From an uncultured Clostridia bacterium (GTDB lineage Bacteria > Bacillota > Clostridia > Oscillospirales > Acutalibacteraceae), in the NCBI GenBank assembly GCA_947624835.1, contig CANQLX010000002.1, forward strand, positions 427 to 64,426: DNA of 64,000 bases, read 5' to 3'. Below the pieces are notes generated by a model. That model saw only the letters and a program-made list of their open reading frames with translations, was not told the origin of the DNA and made no database searches. Positions 39,226-48,806 of the stretch are shown here, piece after piece. The position numbers were made by a program, and so were the translations under genes. Positions within the stretch are counted from its first letter, which is position 1. Each line of letters opens with the position of its first letter.

Positions 39226-40644
39226 ATGGGAATTATTAAGGCGGCGATGAATGCGGTTGGCGGAACACTCGGTGATTCATGGCTGGAGGTTATTGAGCCT
39301 AGTGACATGGATGCAAGAACTGTAATGTGCCCGGGTGTGTCGAAATCAAGAAATGACAGCAGGAATACTAACTCTAAGGGTACACCCGATACTGTTTCAA
39401 ACGGATCGATTATACACGTTTATGATAATCAGATGATGCTCCTCATAGATGGAGGTGCTATTATTGATTATACTGCCGAACCGGGTTATTTTGAAGTAAA
39501 AAATTCATCCTTACCCTCACTTTTCAACGGTCAGTTTGGTGACTCGCTCAAGGATGCTTTTAACCGATTTAAGTTCTCAGGTGTTACACCTACCGCTCAA
39601 AGGGTTGTTTATATCAACCTCAAACCTATTGAGGGAATAAAATTCGGTACTCCCAATCCTGTGAGCTTCTATGATGCAACATACGATATTGATGTCAGCG
39701 TTCGTGCACACGGAAAATTTTCTATAGAAATTATTGATCCTCTCAGATTTTTCAGGACTGTTATAGCAACTTCCGATGTTACAAATATGAGACCTGTCGA
39801 TATGGAGAAGTTGGTTGCACAGAGATATGACCTTGAAGTTATTACGGCGCTTGAACCTGCACTTGCTGAACTTTCAATAAAAGGTGTAAAGATCTCCCAG
39901 GTTCCGGCACATCTTCCGGAACTTTGTGAAGCACTTAAAACCGCTCTCCGTGATACATGGGTTGAAGAACGTGGTATACAGCTAAAGCAAATAGGTATCA
40001 GTGTTAATCCGGATGAGGAAACAAAGGAACTTCTCAAAGAAAGAAGCAGAGTTGCTATGTTCAACAATGCCGGCATGAGAGAAACAATGATGCAGAAAAA
40101 TATATCCGAGGGTATCAGAGATGCAGGCTCAAATTCCAACGGTGCTATGGCAGGTTTCATGGGTGTTGGTATGGGTATGAACGCTTCCGGCGGTTTTATG
40201 CAGGCGGCATCTGCCACTAATATGCAGCAGATGCAGATGGAGCAGCAAATGCAGCAGCAGCGTATGATGCAGCAACAACAGATGCAGCAGCCTATGCAGC
40301 AACAGCCGGTTCAACAGCAACAGACGGTTGCTGCTCAGCCTCAACAGGCTGCGCCGGCTGCCGATGGATGGACGTGCAGCTGCGGCAGGACCGGAAATAC
40401 CGGAAAATTCTGTGCGGAATGTGGGCAGCCTAAGCCTGTACCCGCCGCATCCGGAGAGTGGACGTGTATTTGCGGTGCGGTTAATAAGGGTAAGTTTTGT
40501 GCCGAATGTGGTGCAAAACGTCCTGATGCAAAACCAAAAAAGCTGAAATGTGATAAGTGTGGTTATGAACCCGATATGAGTCAGCCTATTCCGAAGTTCT
40601 GCCCTGAATGCGGAGATCCGATAAATGAATCGGATTATGTATGA
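39226..40644 (+). CDS. SPFH-domain protein of the COG4260/YdjI (virion-core-protein-like) type with Q-rich linker and three C-terminal zinc ribbons
   Basis: The N-terminus MGIIKAAMNAVGGTLGDSWLE ... SNGSIIHVYDNQMMLLIDGG is characteristic of this family. It is followed by a poly-Q/M tract and then 3 CxCG...KFCxECG units. Confidence 0.8.
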   Translation: MGIIKAAMNAVGGTLGDSWLEVIEPSDMDARTVMCPGVSKSRNDSRNTNSKGTPDTVSNGSIIHVYDNQMMLLIDGGAIIDYTAEPGYFEVKNSSLPSLFNGQFGDSLKDAFNRFKFSGVTPTAQRVVYINLKPIEGIKFGTPNPVSFYDATYDIDVSVRAHGKFSIEIIDPLRFFRTVIATSDVTNMRPVDMEKLVAQRYDLEVITALEPALAELSIKGVKISQVPAHLPELCEALKTALRDTWVEERGIQLKQIGISVNPDEETKELLKERSRVAMFNNAGMRETMMQKNISEGIRDAGSNSNGAMAGFMGVGMGMNASGGFMQAASATNMQQMQMEQQMQQQRMMQQQQMQQPMQQQPVQQQQTVAAQPQQAAPAADGWTCSCGRTGNTGKFCAECGQPKPVPAASGEWTCICGAVNKGKFCAECGAKRPDAKPKKLKCDKCGYEPDMSQPIPKFCPECGDPINESDYV

Positions 40645-40839
40645 TATTTTTGAATATTCAGTTTTAACAGTATGTTTAACTGAATTGAAATTCAAAGGTT
40701 TAATCGGCTGATTTCTACTAAAATACCTTTAATAGGGGACGCTTGCTAAAGTAACGGCGTCCCCTGCTGAATATAGACAGTTGCCTTCTTGCAATTAGGC
40801 GATAGGATTTACATAATAAAAGGAGTGAACTCCCTATTT

Positions 40840-41904
40840 ATGGAAACATTAGTGTATAAATGTATAAACTGTGGAGGTCCGCTGCAATATGATGCCTCTA
40901 AGCTTAAATTCTATTGCGAATATTGTCGCAGCGAATTTACGGAAGAGGTTTTGCAGCAACATTTCGGAAAGCTTGAGGAAAAGCTTGACGGGGAAAGACA
41001 GTCCGAGGAGTTGAGCGAAGAGGATAAGCTTTACGGAACTGCACTTTTTACCTGCCAAAGCTGCGGTGCAGAGGTAATTGCAGAAACACAAAATACAGCG
41101 GCTACCTTCTGTGTATATTGCCATAGCCCCGTTGTCCTTACAAACAGACTCAAGGGTGAATTTAAGCCAAATAAGGTTATCCCGTTCAAAATTTCCGAGG
41201 AGGATGCAAAGCAGAAATTTCGTGATTTCTGCAAAAAGAAATGGTTTTTACCTAAGGACTTTGTATCATCTGCACAGCTTGAGATGATGAAAGGTGTTTA
41301 TTATCCATATTGGCTTGTCGATTCGCATAAGGACGGCGGAATAAGTGCTACGGCAAAAAAGGTCAAAAGATGGACCGAGGGCGGTTATGAATATAAAGAA
41401 ACAAAAATATATAAGGTTCGCCGTGCGGGTGTGATAAGCTTTACAGGATATCCGCAATCGGCATTGAGTGAAGATAATAGCAAGAATATATTGAAGTATG
41501 TTAATCCATATGATGACGAGGAATTGAAACCGTTTACAATGGCATATCTTTCCGGATTTCTTGCTGAAAAAAGAGATCTTGAAAGAAATCAAGTACAGTC
41601 CGAGGTAGATAAGGCTCTTGCCGAATATGCGAAGAAGATCTATCGTGATACGATTGATGGTTATGATTCGGTGACAATTGACAGCTTTGATATTAATACA
41701 ATTGACGAGCATTGGAACTATGCGCTTATGCCCGTGTGGATGATGACCTTCAAATATAGGGATAATATGTATATGTATGCCATGAACGGACAGACAGGCA
41801 AGAATTTCGGCGCTCTGCCTATTGCTAAGGGTAAGCTTGCACTGTTCGGAATCGGTTTGTTTATTGCACTTGTGATAATAGCTTATTTCCTGATGGGAGG
41901 TTAA
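40840..41904 (+). CDS. Double zinc-ribbon protein with C-terminal TM anchor (YdjG-like)
   Basis: ATG at 40840 after an AAAGGAG RBS. Zinc ribbons CINCGGPL...YCEYC and CQSCGAEV...FCVYCHSP, and a terminal TM helix LALFGIGLFIALVIIAYFLMGG. Confidence 0.55.
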   Translation: METLVYKCINCGGPLQYDASKLKFYCEYCRSEFTEEVLQQHFGKLEEKLDGERQSEELSEEDKLYGTALFTCQSCGAEVIAETQNTAATFCVYCHSPVVLTNRLKGEFKPNKVIPFKISEEDAKQKFRDFCKKKWFLPKDFVSSAQLEMMKGVYYPYWLVDSHKDGGISATAKKVKRWTEGGYEYKETKIYKVRRAGVISFTGYPQSALSEDNSKNILKYVNPYDDEELKPFTMAYLSGFLAEKRDLERNQVQSEVDKALAEYAKKIYRDTIDGYDSVTIDSFDINTIDEHWNYALMPVWMMTFKYRDNMYMYAMNGQTGKNFGALPIAKGKLALFGIGLFIALVIIAYFLMGG

Positions 41905-41912
41905 TCAATGTT

Positions 41913-42386
41913 ATGAAAAAAAACAGGTCGTTTATAAAGCTATTTATGCTTTTTACTGTTCTTATGCTGGCGGCGGTGTTTTCTTTGACAGTAGTTGCCG
42001 CTGAGCCGGATAACGCTGCCGACGGCATCGCTGTTAATGTCGAAGCAGTTACCGCCGGTGCTGACAATACCGTAAACGGTATTGCTGTAAATGCCGGAGC
42101 AGTTGACGCCGGAGCGGATAGTACTGCCGACGGTGCCGCTGCCAATGCCGAATATCAGGTGCTTTCTTCCTCAGGCGGCATTAAAAGAAGTCTTGTTGGA
42201 ATTGTACTTTTGTCAGCCGTAGTCAGTGTTGTCGTAACGGTTGTTTTATACTTCAAATATAAATTCAACGGCAAGACCGAGCCGTATCCGTATAATAAGA
42301 AGGCTCCGCTGGAGTTGAGTGTATGCGAGGATATTCATATTGACACAAAGGTTGAGAGAAAGAAGATAGAGAAAAACAATAATTAA
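41913..42386 (+). CDS. Signal-peptide protein with Ala/Asp/Gly repeats, one TM helix and a short cytoplasmic tail
   Basis: The signal peptide ends in VVAAEP. There are about 2.5 copies of an 18-19-aa repeat (ADGIAVNVEAVTAGADNTV / NGIAVNAGAVDAGADSTA), then a TM helix. The gene starts 9 nt after the previous gene. Confidence 0.5.
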   Translation: MKKNRSFIKLFMLFTVLMLAAVFSLTVVAAEPDNAADGIAVNVEAVTAGADNTVNGIAVNAGAVDAGADSTADGAAANAEYQVLSSSGGIKRSLVGIVLLSAVVSVVVTVVLYFKYKFNGKTEPYPYNKKAPLELSVCEDIHIDTKVERKKIEKNNN

Positions 42387-42431
42387 GTAGGTCAATCCGT
42401 TGATGAATAATATGGAAACAAGTGGTGGAAT

Positions 42432-42956
42432 ATGAGATTTGATGTTATGCCCGTTGCAACAGAAAAACAGATTATTGAGGTCGAACAGGCTGCAAATAAT
42501 GTTTGGCATAATTACTATAAGGAGATTTTTTCTCCTGAACAGATAAGCTATATGCTGAAAAAATATCAGTCCCGTGAGGCATTGAGAAAACAGCTTTCGG
42601 AGGGATATATATACTATATGCTTCTTTCAGACGAAAAGCTTGCAGGGTATATGTGTATGCTCAGAACGGACGATTACATATACCTTGCGAGACTTTATAT
42701 CAAAGCTGAATATCGTCGTCAGGGGCTTGCAAAAAAGGCAATAAGATACATTGATACCATTTTTTCCAATCCTGAATTCGGTCTTCTGCATATAAACAAG
42801 ATACGTCTTAAGGTTGAAAGAGAAAATAGCTTTGCAATTAATGTGTATGAGCATTTGGGATTCCGTAAGGTCAGGTCGGAGGATACGGATATAGGCGGAG
42901 GTTTTGTCTGTAAGGAATATATTATGGAAAGACCCATCAGAAGTGTTGATATCTGA
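42432..42956 (+). CDS. GNAT-family N-acetyltransferase
   Basis: Acetyl-CoA-binding motif YRRQGLAKKAI and the NSFAINVYEHLGF region. Confidence 0.8.
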   Translation: MRFDVMPVATEKQIIEVEQAANNVWHNYYKEIFSPEQISYMLKKYQSREALRKQLSEGYIYYMLLSDEKLAGYMCMLRTDDYIYLARLYIKAEYRRQGLAKKAIRYIDTIFSNPEFGLLHINKIRLKVERENSFAINVYEHLGFRKVRSEDTDIGGGFVCKEYIMERPIRSVDI

Positions 42957-42968
42957 GGTGAGTATGCC

Positions 42969-43379
42969 ATGGGAAATAAGCTTAATGCATATATAAACAG
43001 TCTTTATGAGATGATAGACAGCGGAGAAAAAATTGAGGATATAGAGCTGTTCAAGCAGGAACTTTTCAGAGAAATAGAGTTTTGGCAGCATGAAAGGCTT
43101 ATACATCTTCTTGTGACGTTCCTGTTTGCAATAGTTACTGTCGCCGTTTTGCTTGTGTTGGTGTTCTATGCAAGTATTCCGCTGCTTATTTTGTTCGTAT
43201 TGCTTTTGGTTCTTCTTATACCGTATATAAGACATTATTACATATTGGAAAACGGAGTTCAGACTCTGTATGTATTATATGAGGAGATAGAGAGAAGAAA
43301 TCAGCCTGTATGCAAGTCGTGGCTCCCGAAGGAATACGGAATAAAGATGAAGCCGTTTTCCGGTGAAAATAAAAAATAG
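42969..43379 (+). CDS. Two-TM membrane protein, unknown function
   Basis: 136 aa with two adjacent long hydrophobic helices. No recognisable family. Confidence 0.45.
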   Translation: MGNKLNAYINSLYEMIDSGEKIEDIELFKQELFREIEFWQHERLIHLLVTFLFAIVTVAVLLVLVFYASIPLLILFVLLLVLLIPYIRHYYILENGVQTLYVLYEEIERRNQPVCKSWLPKEYGIKMKPFSGENKK

Positions 43380-43384
43380 AAGAA

Positions 43385-43427
43385 ACAGGACAGTATTCAC
43401 GGAGTTTTTTCGTGGTTACTGTCCTGT
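43385..43427. terminator. Long hairpin, probable terminator
   Basis: ACAGGACAGTA..CACG / CGTG..TACTGTCCTGT stem around a T-rich loop. Confidence 0.5.
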
Positions 43428-43676
43428 GTTGTATTCTGCTGGGAGCCTAATGGTGATTGTATGGCAGGCTGTTCCGGGATAGTATTGTAATAATTACTAC
43501 GCTATATCATATAAACTGAGCAGAGGTGATTCTTAAATATAACCGCTGAGAGCTATCTGCCTCTGGTCTACTGATAAACTCGGCACGTTGGGAAATAATC
43601 ACCATAAAGCTGTATTTCATCTGCATTAAAGTGTACTTGCTTCCCTGTTCCCGGTTTAACAGCCGATATAACTTCG

Positions 43677-44321
43677 TTATTCATCTTCATCAGTGTATTC
43701 TGCATCTACAAATTCTTCATCAGAGTCCTTTCCTTTTTGACGTATTTTGCTGACGGACTTTTCAATGTTTTTGACAAATTTCGTTATATAAATCATGGTT
43801 ATAAGATCCCACAAACCGTCAAATATAAGTGATATGCCAATAAACATCATAAGTATATTATCCGGACCGAAGGGGTTGAAAAATGCGATTATACTTACAG
43901 CTGCTACTAAGACAGCACCGATTGCCTGTATTCTCCATCCTTTTGATTTAAGCCGGGCAAATTCAAGTGTATACTGAAGCTTGAGAACCGCACCGATAAA
44001 CAGAATCATAATAAGTACTATAGCAATTAACTTGCTGAGTAAATCAGGATTCAGCAATGTGTATATTCCGAAGCCAAGCAGGGCACACCCCTGTACAAGG
44101 GCAAATGATCCGAAAAATTCATTTTTTATTCTAAAATACTCGATAACCTTGAACAGACCCCATACAGACATTATAAGACCGAGTATAAAGAAGATGATCT
44201 TTGCTGAATCCGACGGAAAAATGACAAGGAATATGCCGAGAAGGACTATACCGACATTTAGCAGTATAAATTCTCTTGCTGCCTCCAGTGTTTTCTTTTT
44301 GGTATTCTTATTCAATTTCAT
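43677..44321 (-). CDS. HdeD/DUF308-family membrane protein
   Basis: Six TM helices with the repeated pattern typical of DUF308 (GILLIILGIL-like) and an acidic C-terminal tail. Confidence 0.7.
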   Translation of the reverse strand: MKLNKNTKKKTLEAAREFILLNVGIVLLGIFLVIFPSDSAKIIFFILGLIMSVWGLFKVIEYFRIKNEFFGSFALVQGCALLGFGIYTLLNPDLLSKLIAIVLIMILFIGAVLKLQYTLEFARLKSKGWRIQAIGAVLVAAVSIIAFFNPFGPDNILMMFIGISLIFDGLWDLITMIYITKFVKNIEKSVSKIRQKGKDSDEEFVDAEYTDEDE

Positions 44322-44507
44322 AATAATTCCTCCTTTAAATTACTAAGATAATTATAGCACAATAAGCTTAAGAATTAAATATAATTTCATTGTAATTTGT
44401 ATAAATTACTCAACAGTGAAAATTCGCAAATATCCTACCCGGGGCATAGTATGTAAAGAGTAGGACCTGTCTTACTTTATTTACATTAAGCTTGGGGCTG
44501 TGCAGTT

Positions 44508-45131
44508 TTGGAAATATATGAAATGCTTATTCTTGCCGCCGCACTTAGTATAGATGCATTCGCCATAGGGGCAAGCTGTGCCTTTAGGGGTATAAAGAAT
44601 CCGCCTGTATCTAAGCTTGTTATATGTACGGTATCGGTTGCCGTAACAGCGGCGGCAGCTTTTATCGGGGGAATTATCGGCAAGCTTATGCCGGAATTTG
44701 TAGGAAGGTTTATTGGCTCTGTTCTGCTTATCTCACTTGGTATATATATAGCTGTCGGTGCGATAAAAGAAGGAGGAAGCAAAAGAAAAGAGGAAATCAG
44801 TGAAAACTCTCCATTTGAAGCTGCAGCAAAAATACTGAGAAATCCCACTTCCTGCGATATGGACAGTTCCTCTACCGTTGATATCAGGGAAGCACTCTAT
44901 ATAGGTGCTGCATTATCAGCAGATTCCTTCTCCGCAGGGATAGGTGCGGGAATTGGCGGAGCGGTGCTTGCCGTGCCGATATTGTGCGGACTGTTTCAGC
45001 TTATATTGCTGTGTATGGGGGAATTGCTGGGAAAATATCTGAAAAATATTTGCAGTATAAGGCAAATGTGGTTTAGTTTGTTGTCGGCACTGATGCTTAC
45101 GGCTATAGGTGTTGTTAAATTATTTGTATAG
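44508..45131 (+). CDS. MntP/YtaF-family (DUF204 repeat) membrane protein
   Basis: Two DUF204-like halves (LSIDAFAIGAS ... and LSADSFSAGIGAG ...). The central loop insertion favours the sporulation protein YtaF type. The start is uncertain (TTG 44508 or ATG 44523). Confidence 0.7.
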   Translation: MEIYEMLILAAALSIDAFAIGASCAFRGIKNPPVSKLVICTVSVAVTAAAAFIGGIIGKLMPEFVGRFIGSVLLISLGIYIAVGAIKEGGSKRKEEISENSPFEAAAKILRNPTSCDMDSSSTVDIREALYIGAALSADSFSAGIGAGIGGAVLAVPILCGLFQLILLCMGELLGKYLKNICSIRQMWFSLLSALMLTAIGVVKLFV

Positions 45132-45681
45132 ATATTTAATATTAATGATGCTATTGTTTTTTTATTGAAGATAAAATGGAAAAATATATGTACAAATATG
45201 ATTTTAAGAGTTTTGCACAAAAGTGAATGTTAATTATTGTTTATTGAGTCAATAGTCCGTTTTTTGTGTATTTTGACGTATTCTGTTTGACAATTATTTT
45301 ATATTAATAAAAATATGTGCTGATTATATAAAAATATTTGTAAAATTCCTGATATTATGATTTTTATAAATATTTGTATAGTCATTTTACACAAAGACTA
45401 TTTGGACAAAATTAACAAAAAATATATCAATATGAGTGCATGATGTCAAATATAAAAGATTTCGCAGTTAAATTCACCAAAATAAAATAAACATATTTGT
45501 GTATATGGATAAAAATGACAATTAACCATTGAAATTGTATTCGCTCTATGATATCATTATTACAGTGGTTTACGAGTGCTTGATTTCTTGAAGGGAGAAT
45601 CAGCAGTTGGCATTCGTGACTGTAAAGGCGCTTTTGTGCGGAACTTAATAATATCTAATTTCAGAAAGAGGGATTATAACA

Positions 45682-47076
45682 ATGGTTAGCAAAACAAAAA
45701 GGGCTTTGGCACTTGTTCTTACGGCCATGATGGCTGCTTCGGCACTTGCAGGCTGCGGACCGAACAACGGTGGAGGAACTCAAAACTCAGCAGCCAGTGC
45801 AAATGAGGGGGGGACTGCTTCACAGGCAGCTGTTCAGGATATAAATGATCCTAAGGTCAAGGAAAAGATTATTAATGCCATGGCTAAAGAGGCAGAGGCA
45901 AACGGCGGAAAGATCGAATTGACTCTTTGGTGTTCCGGAGATGACAAGCCGTTTGAAAAGACACTTGTTGATGCATTCGAGAAGGAATATGCAAACAGCA
46001 ACTATGAGTTTAAGATCACAATCAGAAATGCATACGGCGAAGATAAGGCCGGCGGAAAGGTAATTGAAAACCCGAAAGAGGCAGCTGACGTGTTCAATAT
46101 GGCTGACGACCAGCTTTCACAGCTTGTTACGGCAAAGGCTATCGCTGAGGTAGGCTCACTTTTCCAGGGTAACGTTGTAGCAAATAACACAGACGATGCA
46201 GTTGAAGTATGCTCCGTGAACGGTACTGCTTATGCATTCCCGAAAACCTCAGATAACGGTTATTTCATGTATTATGACAAGAGAGTATTTAAGGATGATG
46301 AGGTTGGATGTCTTGATGATATGATTAAGAAAGCAAATGAGAATGGTAAGTCTGTATACTTCAATATTACAGGTCCTTGGTATATGACGGCATTCTTCTT
46401 CACAGCAGGCTGCGAAATCACATATGATGTTACAAAAGATAAACAGGTAGCAACCTTTAATACAGATCAGGGTCTTGCAGCAGGTAAGGCTATATGCCAC
46501 ATTGCAGAAAGTCAGGGCAAGGGCTTTGAAGGCTCACCCGGAACAGTCGGGGATAATGCGTTCGTACAGCAGGGCTTCAAAGAGGGAACACTTGCAGCAG
46601 CAGTTATCGGAACATGGGCAGGCCCCACAATTAAGGAAGCTATCGGCGTCGAAAATGTCGGTGCGGCAAAGCTACCAACGGTTCTTATGGACGGCGAGCA
46701 GAAACAGCTTGACTCATTTGGCGGATATAAGGTGGTAGGCGTAAATGCATTTACTAAGTTCCCTGTATCTTCACAGGCACTTGCTTATTATCTCACAAAC
46801 GAGGATTCACAGATTAAGCGTTATCAGGAGAGAGGCTATATCCCGACTAATAAGAAGGCACTTGAAGATGATACAATAAAGAACGACACGGCACTTAAGG
46901 CTATTGAAGCTCAGATGCCTTATGCTCATCCGCAGGGAACATCTGTTGGCGGTACCTATTGGGCAGTTAAACCTGAAACAATCGGAAGCGAGGCTTATGA
47001 CAAGAAGGGTAAGCTGACCGATGACAGAATCAAAGAGATACTTCAGAACGTTGTGACACAGCTTGAAGGTGAATAG
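45682..47076 (+). CDS. Sugar (maltodextrin-type) ABC transporter substrate-binding lipoprotein
   Basis: Lipobox LAGCG. MalE-like family 1 SBP layout, in an operon with MalF/G-like permeases and a GH13 enzyme. Confidence 0.85.
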   Translation: MVSKTKRALALVLTAMMAASALAGCGPNNGGGTQNSAASANEGGTASQAAVQDINDPKVKEKIINAMAKEAEANGGKIELTLWCSGDDKPFEKTLVDAFEKEYANSNYEFKITIRNAYGEDKAGGKVIENPKEAADVFNMADDQLSQLVTAKAIAEVGSLFQGNVVANNTDDAVEVCSVNGTAYAFPKTSDNGYFMYYDKRVFKDDEVGCLDDMIKKANENGKSVYFNITGPWYMTAFFFTAGCEITYDVTKDKQVATFNTDQGLAAGKAICHIAESQGKGFEGSPGTVGDNAFVQQGFKEGTLAAAVIGTWAGPTIKEAIGVENVGAAKLPTVLMDGEQKQLDSFGGYKVVGVNAFTKFPVSSQALAYYLTNEDSQIKRYQERGYIPTNKKALEDDTIKNDTALKAIEAQMPYAHPQGTSVGGTYWAVKPETIGSEAYDKKGKLTDDRIKEILQNVVTQLEGE

Positions 47077-47273
47077 GCAACATAAATGACTCAGTTTTTG
47101 GTTGCTTGAGTAATTAAGTATTCAATATGAGCAGCTTGTGTAATGAACCGGGCTGCTCATATTTAAACGGATTGGATACAAATGCCCCGGGCGGACTGAG
47201 TTGAAACAGCACGGTATTCCTTTATTGGGAATCCGTACAGTTTTTAATATTAAGGCAAAGGAGTTGCATGTGA

Positions 47274-48806
47274 ATGGATTATCTTGATTATGTCCAGATG
47301 ACGACCGGTCAACGTTTTGTTTACAAGCTGAAGTCATTCTTTATGGGAATACCCGGTGCAATAGTTAAGCTTGTAAGCATTGTCGGACATTTTATTGCAT
47401 CCTTTTTCAGTATGATCGCCAATGGTTTCAAGGGTTACGGAGAAAGATTTTCAAACGGCGATACAGGAACTAAGCTTTCCTATGTGATAATGGGTGCAGG
47501 AAATTTTGTACATAAGCAAATAGGAAAAGGTCTGCTTTTCCTTGCGGCGGAGGTAGCTTATATTGTATATATGGTTAGCTTCGGTTTTCAGTATATTACA
47601 CAGATTTACAGTACCGGTGTTAATATCGGAGGAAATATAGTTAACGGTGTTATAGGAAATGAAGGACCGATTTACGGTCAGGATCCCGATGGTCTTACCG
47701 GAGATGTTATTATAAACAGCGATACAGTAGACGATTCAAATAAGATTCTTCTTTTCTTCGTTATGACCGTTCTTATAACGATTGCATTTGTCGTTGTTTA
47801 TGTTGCCAATACCAAGAGTGCATATGCGGTACAGCAGATTGAACAGAGCGGAAAAAAACCTATGAGTGCAATGGAAGAACTTAGGTCATTCCTTGATGAG
47901 CGTTTCCATGTTACACTTATGGCAATTCCTGTAATTCTTCTTTTAATATTCACGGTTCTTCCTATAATATTTACGATTTTTGTGGCATTTACAAATTATG
48001 ATAAGAACCACCAACCTCCGGGAAATCTTTATTGGTGGGTAGGTTTTGAAAACTTTGCAGATGTTTTCTATACAAATAAGATGAAGTCCGAGACCTTCGG
48101 AAAGATTCTTCTTTGGACAATTGTATGGGCATTTTTTGCAACATTCTCAAACTATATTCTCGGTATAGTACTTGCTCTTATGATCAACAAGAAGGGTATA
48201 AAATTCAAGGGATTTTGGAGAACTATGTTCGTTATTACGGCAGCTGTTCCTCAATTTGTAACGCTTCTTGTAATGAGAATTCTTCTCGATGATAAGGGTG
48301 CCATCAATTCAATGTTAGGAACAAACATACCTTTCCTTACTGATATGAGTGGTGTATGGCCGAAAATTACGGTTATTCTGGTCAATATGTGGGTAGGTAT
48401 TCCTTATACAATGCTTATATCGTCCGGTCTTCTTATGAATATACCTGAGGACCTTTACGAAAGTGCACGTATTGACGGTGCGAACGCTTTCCAACAGTTT
48501 ACAAAGATTACCTTCCCATATATTTTCTTTGTAACAACCCCCTATCTTATCACCAGCTTCGTTGGAAATATTAATAACTTCAATGTTATCTACTTCCTTA
48601 CGGCCGGCGGACCGAACTCGGACAGCTACTATCAGGCAGGACAAACAGACTTGCTTGTAACATGGCTATATAAATTGACCGTAAACAGTTCGGACTACAA
48701 CCTTGCGGCAGTTATAGGCTTGCTTGTGTTTGTGATTTGTGCAGCAGGAGCACTTATTACCTTCAATATGTCCAAGGCATCAAAGAATGAGGAGGAATTC
48801 TCATGA
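47274..48806 (+). CDS. Sugar ABC transporter permease (MalF-like, extended N-terminus)
   Basis: EAA-loop ESARIDGANAFQQFTKITFP; 8 predicted TM helices. Confidence 0.85.
   Translation: MDYLDYVQMTTGQRFVYKLKSFFMGIPGAIVKLVSIVGHFIASFFSMIANGFKGYGERFSNGDTGTKLSYVIMGAGNFVHKQIGKGLLFLAAEVAYIVYMVSFGFQYITQIYSTGVNIGGNIVNGVIGNEGPIYGQDPDGLTGDVIINSDTVDDSNKILLFFVMTVLITIAFVVVYVANTKSAYAVQQIEQSGKKPMSAMEELRSFLDERFHVTLMAIPVILLLIFTVLPIIFTIFVAFTNYDKNHQPPGNLYWWVGFENFADVFYTNKMKSETFGKILLWTIVWAFFATFSNYILGIVLALMINKKGIKFKGFWRTMFVITAAVPQFVTLLVMRILLDDKGAINSMLGTNIPFLTDMSGVWPKITVILVNMWVGIPYTMLISSGLLMNIPEDLYESARIDGANAFQQFTKITFPYIFFVTTPYLITSFVGNINNFNVIYFLTAGGPNSDSYYQAGQTDLLVTWLYKLTVNSSDYNLAAVIGLLVFVICAAGALITFNMSKASKNEEEFS

Noticed and set aside
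40129-40695. 188-aa minus-strand ORF rich in Leu/His repeats
   Set aside because: It is the reverse complement of the CAG/CAA-rich Q-tract and zinc-ribbon region of the SPFH gene. The repeat composition is an artefact of the opposite strand.
42627-43235. 202-aa minus-strand ORF spanning the GNAT gene and the 2-TM protein gene
   Set aside because: It overlaps two co-directional plus-strand genes that have good RBS spacing and, for the GNAT, clear motifs. The antisense product has no recognisable features.
44346-44507. Possible yybP-ykoY (Mn2+) riboswitch upstream of the MntP/YtaF-family gene
   Set aside because: Only loose resemblance (CCCGGGGCATAGTATG...AGAGTAGGACC) to the conserved GGGGAGUAG and GGCAAGAC blocks, and I could not build the four-helix architecture by eye. 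An Rfam scan would settle it.
45615-45640. cre/LacI-like operator TGTAAAGGCGCTTTTGTG upstream of the maltodextrin-binding protein gene
   Set aside because: The half-sites are not properly palindromic and the central CG is offset relative to the cre consensus TGNAANCGNTNNCA, so the match is not convincing.
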